IMG/VR virus record: IMGVR_UViG_3300043447_000710
Coordinates: 88,641-152,640 of that record
DNA from: a virus
Lineage: Duplodnaviria > Caudoviricetes
DNA length: 64,000 nucleotides
Direction: 5' to 3' (one strand)
The number at the start of each line of letters is the position of its first letter. Position 1 is the first letter of the stretch. A program made the position numbers and the translations under genes. Positions 57,111-64,000 of this stretch are shown in pieces. The notes beneath the pieces are model-generated. The model was not told the DNA's origin, searched no databases, and saw nothing but the letters and a program-made list of their open reading frames with translations.

Positions 57111-57842
57111 ATGTATCCTGATACTCCAATTATTAGAATTTCAATCGAGCAGCTTCAGCCTTTAGGGCGGTGGGCGTTTAGGGTAAACGAAGTTGAAAAC
57201 TCTCCAACATTAGAACTGGTGCGCGGTTACAGCTACAACTTTATCGTAGATGTAGATCCGGTACATCAGCTTTGGATTAAAAGTAGTTTGGGAGTAGGAA
57301 TGCAAAACGCTTATCAGAACGGCGTTTTAGGAAATGGAACTTCTAATATTCGCTGGCGCGTCGCAGAAAATACTCCTGCGCGCTTGGCTTATCAAAGCTT
57401 TAGCTTTCCTGAAATCGCTGGCTGTATTTCCATAACCGATAAACCGCCGGCGCTGCCCTCTGGAAATCTTACGTTAGGAGATCTGGAACGTCAATTAGAT
57501 AGATTGGAAGCTAATCTGCCTAGCTCTCCTAAAGAATTGGCGGGGAATGGTTTGAGGTTAAATGGTTACTCTTTAGAATTGGTAGAACCAAACAAAACTT
57601 TTCTAACCGATGAAAATGGCATACCTTACACGACACATTCTAACTTTAGCGTTAGTAGTTCGCGTTCGATTTACGCGCCAGCACCGGTAAGTTTGCAGGA
57701 CTGGTTAGACGCTTTAGCTTCTGAAATAGCTAAAATTAAAGGCGCCCAGGCTTACAACCAGCAAGTTTCAACGTCTCTTAAAAATATTAAGGAACGTCTA
57801 GACAGTCTGGATTTAGAACTTAGCTACCTAGAAAATTTATGA
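57111..57842 (+). CDS. Virion structural protein
   Basis: PTLELVRG.SY.F...H..WI...P..L.Y module of the type seen in phage structural proteins, plus coiled coils. Confidence 0.6.
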   Translation: MYPDTPIIRISIEQLQPLGRWAFRVNEVENSPTLELVRGYSYNFIVDVDPVHQLWIKSSLGVGMQNAYQNGVLGNGTSNIRWRVAENTPARLAYQSFSFPEIAGCISITDKPPALPSGNLTLGDLERQLDRLEANLPSSPKELAGNGLRLNGYSLELVEPNKTFLTDENGIPYTTHSNFSVSSSRSIYAPAPVSLQDWLDALASEIAKIKGAQAYNQQVSTSLKNIKERLDSLDLELSYLENL

Positions 57843-58069
57843 TCTTTGTGAAAATCGTTCTCTCTGTACTTTTGGCTTGCGTCTGCTACTTAACCATGAC
57901 ATTCGCTGTTTACAGCAGCGCTTGTAGAGTAATGCCGGAGATTTTTGCAGCGTTTTTAGGTTCTGGCTTAGGATTCTGGCTGGCTTCTACTGTTTTCAGA
58001 ACGATGATTAGAATTTGTTTTAACAAATCGAAGCTGCTTGTAAGGGTTTTTATTTATTTCATGACCTAA
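57839..58069 (+). CDS. Small two-TM membrane protein
   Basis: Two hydrophobic segments. Confidence 0.5.
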   Translation: MIFVKIVLSVLLACVCYLTMTFAVYSSACRVMPEIFAAFLGSGLGFWLASTVFRTMIRICFNKSKLLVRVFIYFMT

Positions 58070-58195
58070 AGTCGGGGCGGTATTAGTACTTTGCAACCTG
58101 GATAATGACAAAAGTGTTTCATGGTTTTATCTTTTAATGCGATGTGTGTCTAAACCGCTCGATATTAAGAGTACTGGAGCTGCAATGATCTTGCT

Positions 58196-58522
58196 ATGAC
58201 TTTAAGGCACCGATTACAACAACGTATTGAAAACATAATAGCAAGGACTAGTGAGCTAAGCGCGCTTAGTGCTGTGCTGCCATTAATAAAACATGGAAAT
58301 ACTTGGTACATAGACTATCAACAAGGTGTCTACGTAGACCCTGACTTTATCGAACTTAAGACCGAACCTAAAGGTAACCTTTTAACTATAGTGACTTTAT
58401 TAAAAGGCGAACTTACCTCTCTAAACGACTGGCCTACCTCATTGACGGTTTTAGACATTAGACTTAGAGCCTTAGAAGCAAGACTGCAAGCCCTTAAAAA
58501 CAGGAAAAATGGCGAATTTTGA
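58196..58522 (+). CDS. Hypothetical coiled-coil protein
   Basis: Coupled to the tail fibre gene. Confidence 0.55.
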   Translation: MTLRHRLQQRIENIIARTSELSALSAVLPLIKHGNTWYIDYQQGVYVDPDFIELKTEPKGNLLTIVTLLKGELTSLNDWPTSLTVLDIRLRALEARLQALKNRKNGEF

Positions 58523-61500
58523 CAATGGATTGACTCGGATCGATACCTCTTTAACTAACGGTACTCCAGGCGCGGACAATGCTGCCGTCGCCGTTGCTAA
58601 AATTAATGCTAATTTTCAGCAGTGTGCGCCTCTTAACGGAGCGTGGTTGGGTAACGGTTTGCGTTGGTTGAACGGGAAGCTAACAGTTGGCGCCCAACCT
58701 GGTACGGTACTAGTAGGTGAGACTGGTTATACTCTTTCTGATGAGTTTCTACTAAATAACGGGCGGCTTAGTTTAGGCAACGTTCCTACTAGTAAATTAA
58801 GTGGAACGATAAGTGTTGCTAACATTGGTTTGAATAACGGTAGTTTGGTCGTAGGCGGAAGCGGCGGCTTTGGGCGCGAAGTTCAAATCGATACTAATTC
58901 GTTTAGTCTCGCTGGTAACGTCTTGTCACTACGAACTGCTTCTAGCAATACTATCAGCCCTAATACTTTGGCACTACCACCAAATACGGTTGCGATTGGC
59001 TCTGCCTTAGGCGGGGCGGATGCAGTCGAATTAGGGCCGATGTTTTCGATTGCTAGTAATAAACTAAACGTTAGTTTGCCTAATGCCGTAGGTTATGCTG
59101 GCATATCTACAAGTCAAACTGTCGGCACAAACTCTAGATTATTAGTCGCTACTACTGATAACGGTAACGAAAATCTAAGTTGGCAGGCTCCGAGTACGGC
59201 GATCGCTGCTACGCTAAACGAGCGTCTTAGTAAAGAAACTAACTCTAAACGGTTATACGTAAACCCAGTTAGCGGTGACGATAGTTTAGCTAATAGAGGT
59301 CAATCGATCTATTCGCCGTTTAAGTCTCTGGAGCGGGCGTGTTTAGAAGTAGCTAGATCTAGTTATAGAAGTAACGGGCAGGCGACTAATAGCGATACTG
59401 CAATTTACTTAGAAGTAGGAACGATTCCTGTAGATAATCGTCCAGGAGCGGCTGCAGTTACAGTTACTACTCAAGCTGCCTTAGAAGCTTTACTTACTAC
59501 TAATGCCTTAAATTATTTCAATCCAGCTGGCGGCGGTTTGATAGTACCGCGCGGGTGTTCGATCATTGGTGTTGACGTCCGCAGGTCTAGCTTGATTCCA
59601 ATTTACGTGCCCGACCCATTTGGGTCTGGGCAAAACGCTACTGCTTTATTAAGGTTAACTGGTAACGCTTTCGTATCGCAATTCAATCTAGCTGATGCAC
59701 CTAACGTCAATCGTTCTCATCATCTACTTAGAGCGTTTGAATTTGTTTCTACTGCAGATTTAATCCTTTATTATCAGAAAGTTTACGCGGCTTTTGCTCA
59801 GCTTGATAACCTAACTGGAAATAATCTCGCTCCTGTTGCTGGTGAGACTCAGATAGTAGTAGACCAAAACGTAGTGCCTGTAGATATCAATGGCTTTAAG
59901 CTAGTAGACTCTGCTAATAATTCCTCTGCTTACATTTTTAGTGTTTCTTTGCGCTCGCGCTTTGGAATGTCTGGAATGTATTTAGATGGCAGCAAGGTAA
60001 CTGGCGTTAAGTCAATGGTGGCAGCGCAGTTTACTAACGTTTCTCAGCAGGTAGATCCTAACGCTTATCAGGCAGACGTTACAGATCCGCTAACCGGTCA
60101 AAACTATAAACCTAACTACAAACATTTTGCTTTTAAAGCTACTAATGACGCCTACGCTCAGCTAGTAAGTTGCTTTACGATTTGTTCGGCCGAACATTAC
60201 GGAGTAGAAAGCGGCGGCGAGTTGTCGATTACTAATAGCTGCAGTAATTTTGGCGGCACTGCTTTAGTAGCGCGGGGATTTTCTAGCACCTCTTTGTTGC
60301 AAGACCGTGGTTATGCTGGCGTAAGATTGTTACCGCCGTTAGCGATCCCTGCTGACGAGCGGGAGTTTATAGTTGGAACTTTAGATACTACTGAGGTAAC
60401 TGCGACTGAAATAAAGCTAGGTTTAGTAGGTAGTTTGGGCTCGCTGCAGTTTGTCAACGACAGTTATGTATACGTTCGAGTTGCCAATCCGGCGAACACC
60501 TCAGCGACATTAGACCTGCAGGCAAAATTAGTATCGACGGGATCTACTTTTACAACTGTTGTAAATAAATTAGCTACGGTTAACGGCACGACAGCAAATG
60601 ATGAAAATGCTATTTATCAATATCTCAACTGTATTGGCAACTACGAATTTCAATCTACCTGGTACGATCCTGGCAATCCTCCACCAGGGGGTTTAGCTGC
60701 AGCTAAAACCGCTGAGATGCAGTTGCGCGCACAGATATTGCTGAACGCTAACGTATTTGTCAAAAGAATTTACGAGGCGCGTAACACTAGAGATCGCAGT
60801 TATCGTCTCTTAATTACAGTTCCTAGTAGTGCTAGAGCGCCAGTAACTAATTTTGTACTGGAGTTAGCACAAGGAGTACAGCAAGCGCAAAGATTTTTTG
60901 TTACTGACGTAGAAGAAATCGATCCGGCGCGACTGGCTGGGGATACTAGTTGTACCAGTCTACCAGGAAAGATTTACGCTGTGACTTTACTCAGAGTCAA
61001 CAATACAGGCAACGGCGACTATAGTGATAAGTTAGAAGACTTAGAACCGAGTACTAGCTACGCTGCAAAATTAGCAAATCTCGACCCGAGACTCTACTCT
61101 ACCGAAGCATTACGCAAGGCAGCTAGTTTCGATCCAAATAGTGCGTCGAGACTAACGTTTGTAGCTTTATTAAGTGCGTTAGGGTACGATACTGCTACAG
61201 CTACAAGTTTGTTGGAGCCTACTGCCGGAATCGTTTTAATCGACCGGTATCGTTGCCTTACAAATTTAGGCGGAACGGTAATTAATTCTAGCTTCCCCTT
61301 TGATTTATTAAGACCCAGCCGCATTCGCTGTTCGGGGCATACTTGGGAGTGGGTTGGTTATCGGAATTACTCCACAGCATTACCAGCTTTACAAACTCAG
61401 TTATTAAGCTATGGGGCGAGACTTGCGGCGATTCAGGCGTCGTTACTGGGCGGCCGGGTGTACGCTACTGGTATGGATGAGGAAGGTGCTTTATATCAGG

Positions 61501-62375
61501 GCGAGACTAGAATCGACTTAGCTAGTAACTCTCAAGAAAAGGTTCGTTACGACGGTCAAGCGATCAAACCTAGTGGGGCGGGCAGTTCTCAACAGCGCTT
61601 TCAAGACATTACTATTACGGGAGCATTAACTGCTGGCCAAGCTAATATCGATAACTTGACAGTGGGAATGGAGATCTTTAAAGCTAACTCTCAGCTCCGC
61701 GTCAATACTCCTACTGGACTATCTTTATTAGTAGATGGTGCGATTCCTGGAGGTCTGGTAGCCAATCCTACCCAACAAACATACGGACTGGTGCGGCGGG
61801 CATTCAGTAGCGAACTCGACACTTTAACAGGTAACGGTTATATCTCTCCTGCAGATATCGTTAACTTTATGGTTCCGGTAGGGGCTGTTTTCCCTTTTGC
61901 TGGGGCTACAGCACCAAGCAGTTATCTTATCTGCCAAGGTCAGAGCTTACAAATTTCTATTTATCCAGAGTTATTTGCAGCTATCGGCTACACTCATGGG
62001 GGAAGCGGTACCACTTTCAACTTGCCGGACTTAAGAAACAGAGCTGCGTTTGGTGCCAATGGAAATTTAGGTTCTGTATACGGTAGCGCTACGGTAACAT
62101 TAACTGGTACTAACATTCCGGCGCACGAACACTCCCTTTTAGGAGCCACTCTTCAAGGCAACGCAGCAACTCAAGGTTTGGCAGCAATTTTAGGCGGTGG
62201 AGCTAATGGAGATCAAGGTCTAGTAGTTAACTCTACTGGGGGCGGAAACCTTTACGCTTCAGTCAACAGTAATTCAGAGCCGTACGTAGGTTCTCCTCTA
62301 ACTCCTGCAGACCCGGTTAGCATTCAACCTCCAGCAGTAGCATTGAACTACATTATTAAGGTTAGATTTAACTGA
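58509..62375 (+). CDS. Tail fibre/spike protein with C-terminal collar domain
   Basis: YV.P..GDD...PFKSLERA, PVGAVFPFAG...YLICQG...YPELFAAIG...FNLPDLR, LNYIIK. Confidence 0.88.
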   Translation: MANFDNGLTRIDTSLTNGTPGADNAAVAVAKINANFQQCAPLNGAWLGNGLRWLNGKLTVGAQPGTVLVGETGYTLSDEFLLNNGRLSLGNVPTSKLSGTISVANIGLNNGSLVVGGSGGFGREVQIDTNSFSLAGNVLSLRTASSNTISPNTLALPPNTVAIGSALGGADAVELGPMFSIASNKLNVSLPNAVGYAGISTSQTVGTNSRLLVATTDNGNENLSWQAPSTAIAATLNERLSKETNSKRLYVNPVSGDDSLANRGQSIYSPFKSLERACLEVARSSYRSNGQATNSDTAIYLEVGTIPVDNRPGAAAVTVTTQAALEALLTTNALNYFNPAGGGLIVPRGCSIIGVDVRRSSLIPIYVPDPFGSGQNATALLRLTGNAFVSQFNLADAPNVNRSHHLLRAFEFVSTADLILYYQKVYAAFAQLDNLTGNNLAPVAGETQIVVDQNVVPVDINGFKLVDSANNSSAYIFSVSLRSRFGMSGMYLDGSKVTGVKSMVAAQFTNVSQQVDPNAYQADVTDPLTGQNYKPNYKHFAFKATNDAYAQLVSCFTICSAEHYGVESGGELSITNSCSNFGGTALVARGFSSTSLLQDRGYAGVRLLPPLAIPADEREFIVGTLDTTEVTATEIKLGLVGSLGSLQFVNDSYVYVRVANPANTSATLDLQAKLVSTGSTFTTVVNKLATVNGTTANDENAIYQYLNCIGNYEFQSTWYDPGNPPPGGLAAAKTAEMQLRAQILLNANVFVKRIYEARNTRDRSYRLLITVPSSARAPVTNFVLELAQGVQQAQRFFVTDVEEIDPARLAGDTSCTSLPGKIYAVTLLRVNNTGNGDYSDKLEDLEPSTSYAAKLANLDPRLYSTEALRKAASFDPNSASRLTFVALLSALGYDTATATSLLEPTAGIVLIDRYRCLTNLGGTVINSSFPFDLLRPSRIRCSGHTWEWVGYRNYSTALPALQTQLLSYGARLAAIQASLLGGRVYATGMDEEGALYQGETRIDLASNSQEKVRYDGQAIKPSGAGSSQQRFQDITITGALTAGQANIDNLTVGMEIFKANSQLRVNTPTGLSLLVDGAIPGGLVANPTQQTYGLVRRAFSSELDTLTGNGYISPADIVNFMVPVGAVFPFAGATAPSSYLICQGQSLQISIYPELFAAIGYTHGGSGTTFNLPDLRNRAAFGANGNLGSVYGSATVTLTGTNIPAHEHSLLGATLQGNAATQGLAAILGGGANGDQGLVVNSTGGGNLYASVNSNSEPYVGSPLTPADPVSIQPPAVALNYIIKVRFN

Positions 62376-62755
62376 TGTTAGTAATACTTCGAAGTGCGAC
62401 TATCGATAGTAAGTTTTCCGATCTTTTAGCTAACGAGCTAAAAAGAAAAGGTATTGAGTTAGCAACTCAAGGAAATATCAGCCACGGCGATCTTGAGATT
62501 TATTTAGCTCAAGGCGATACTGTAACATTCATCGCTCAGACTTTGGCGGCTAGAATATATCGCAGCGAATTACGCAAGCGTTATGAGGTCGATTGGGGTA
62601 AAAAACTCCTGGGTAAAAAGTGCCACCAAGAAATTGCTGCGAGTACCTCAGCAATTTTAACTTTGCCTTCCACGTTGAGTGATGATGAAAAATATCAGCT
62701 AGCTAACTCGCTAGCTGAAGCCATTGCTGAAGTTAATAATACTGTAATTAATTAG
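62375..62755 (+). CDS. Hypothetical protein, possible degenerate amidase-like fold
   Basis: LANELKRKGIEL and LANSLAEAIAE helices; no Zn ligands. Confidence 0.35.
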   Translation: MLVILRSATIDSKFSDLLANELKRKGIELATQGNISHGDLEIYLAQGDTVTFIAQTLAARIYRSELRKRYEVDWGKKLLGKKCHQEIAASTSAILTLPSTLSDDEKYQLANSLAEAIAEVNNTVIN

Positions 62756-62761
62756 AAACCT

Positions 62762-63091
62762 ATGCCCTTAAGCTGTAATCCGAATCCAATTCCATTACAT
62801 AAATCCGCGACTGCTAGAGTTATCGTAGGTTTGTTTGCTGTTGCTATCAGCGCTCAGGCTCCCGCTATTAGTAAAGCTGTGGAAGACGGCAAGTTTACGC
62901 GAACAGAAGCTTGGATGTTACTAACAAACATTGGCTTAGGAGTAATCGCAGCAGTCGGAATCAAGTTGAGAATTGCAGACACTAATCCAGTCTACACGCA
63001 TCCTAAACTTCCAGGTCCTAATCTTAGCGATTATCAAGAGCCGGAATCTACTGTAGTGGAAGCTGAAGAAACTAGTACGAATCGTCAATGA
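62762..63091 (+). CDS. Putative holin (two TM segments)
   Basis: Two hydrophobic helices and a charged tail, at the end of the late block. Confidence 0.5.
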   Translation: MPLSCNPNPIPLHKSATARVIVGLFAVAISAQAPAISKAVEDGKFTRTEAWMLLTNIGLGVIAAVGIKLRIADTNPVYTHPKLPGPNLSDYQEPESTVVEAEETSTNRQ

Positions 63092-63488
63092 TTGCATCTG
63101 GGTATTCGCAACAAACTAAGCACAAACTTCTAAGCTTCTCGATTAAGTCTTTTTGACTTCCCCAACCGTTCTTTGGCTGCATGGGCAAATACAGGGTTGG
63201 GTTGTCCTCTATTTCTTTTCTCAAAAGAATCAAAGTTGGAAGTACTTCTAAGCAAGTCCGCCCGTGCAGCCAAGCTCCAAAGCTTTCAACTTCTAGACCT
63301 AGCTTTTCAAACGCTTTGTAAATAATTGGTGCGAGATTGTGCGTTATATAAAGCGCTGATTGAGTTTTTAAAGGCTCTAGCAATTCGTTGCATTGATAAG
63401 TTCCTTCTCCGACAACCGGAAAGCAATCTTTTACCTGGCTGTCATTACGAACTAAAGTGATATTGTGTCCCATAAATTGTAATAGCAA
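63072..63488 (-). CDS. Hypothetical phage protein
   Basis: ITHNL...P.NGWG...C.EYPDA motif. Confidence 0.6.
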   Translation of the reverse strand: MLLQFMGHNITLVRNDSQVKDCFPVVGEGTYQCNELLEPLKTQSALYITHNLAPIIYKAFEKLGLEVESFGAWLHGRTCLEVLPTLILLRKEIEDNPTLYLPMQPKNGWGSQKDLIEKLRSLCLVCCEYPDAIIDDSY

Positions 63489-63513
63489 AAAGCAAGCCGA
63501 TCGGCTTGCTTTT
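63487..63513. terminator. Palindromic terminator-like hairpin
   Basis: AAAAGCAAGCCGATCGGCTTGCTTTT. Confidence 0.6.
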
Positions 63514-63519
63514 AAGTTG

Positions 63520-63999
63520 TTAATTAGACCGATCGAGCGCGTTAGGCTCTTTGGAATTGTCTTGGTTGTTAAAAGTAGTAGGGTTGAAATTAAAGCTGGG
63601 AGCGGACGCTTTAGCCTCCATGATTTTGGCGCCTTCAGCTTTTAAGCCAGCAGCTTCATAGATTCTGGAAGCAGAGACTACATCTAACGCTGTCTTTGTC
63701 TGCGTGTCGGGAATAACTGTCAGTGCGATAAAGTCAATAGAAATACCTTTAGCTTTAAGCATTCTGTTAGTTTCTTCGAGCACTACAGATTCGACTTTTT
63801 GTAAGTCGTAGTCTGTGATGTCTTGCTCGATAAAGACTTTGGAAGTAACTTCTCGAATGGTTTTGTCAATAATCGTGTTCTCAGCTATTTCTAAGGAGTT
63901 AACTTGAGAATTAGCTGTAGTGGAGTCCGCATTGTTAGCGTTCGGCTTGCCTAAAAACCTAGCGTTTTGGACGTAAGAGATGGGATCTTGAATCCGGTA
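63520..63999 (-). CDS. SPFH/Band-7-like protein, 5'-truncated by the window
   Basis: Frame is open to the window end: YRIQDP...IIDKTIREV...LKAKGISIDFI. Confidence 0.5.
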   Translation of the reverse strand, partial: YRIQDPISYVQNARFLGKPNANNADSTTANSQVNSLEIAENTIIDKTIREVTSKVFIEQDITDYDLQKVESVVLEETNRMLKAKGISIDFIALTVIPDTQTKTALDVVSASRIYEAAGLKAEGAKIMEAKASAPSFNFNPTTFNNQDNSKEPNALDRSN

Positions 64000-64000
64000 C

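Noticed and set aside
1-64000. Alternative genetic code (TAG readthrough) suggested by frequent CTAG/TAG
   Set aside because: Known genes are full length and densely packed under the standard code, and several end in TAG.

Overview
64-kb segment of a large, apparently temperate dsDNA phage, most likely a cyanophage. Host clues are the cyanobacterial-type tRNA-Phe 3' fragment without an encoded CCA, a YDLRH-type integrase, an FGE/CLec domain, cyanobacterial-style IS200/IS605 elements and HIP1-like CGATCG sites. Plus-strand blocks encode virion proteins: a >3367-aa protein ending in three cell-wall enzyme domains, tail fibres and a probable holin. Minus-strand blocks encode a near-complete replication and recombination set: NrdAB, primase, SF2 helicase, DnaX-like clamp loader, beta-clamp-like protein, UDG, RecA, nucleases and a C5 methyltransferase. 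Main findings: (1) The family-A DNA polymerase is in three pieces. A gene fission with about 3.6 kb of unrelated genes separates the exonuclease/thumb half from the palm/fingers half, and a 262-nt group I intron (41815-42076) interrupts the second half; removing it restores NFAIQGSGAEM. (2) An intact attP (3' half of tRNA-Phe with paired arm-type repeats) lies next to integrase and a candidate excisionase. (3) There are three TnpB-bearing IS200/IS605 elements with mappable ends, one carrying an extra coupled ORF between tnpA and tnpB, plus a PATE-like miniature and orphan right ends. (4) One gene looks like an HU/IHF-sigma-region-4 fusion. All functional calls come from motif recognition by eye; no database searches were run.
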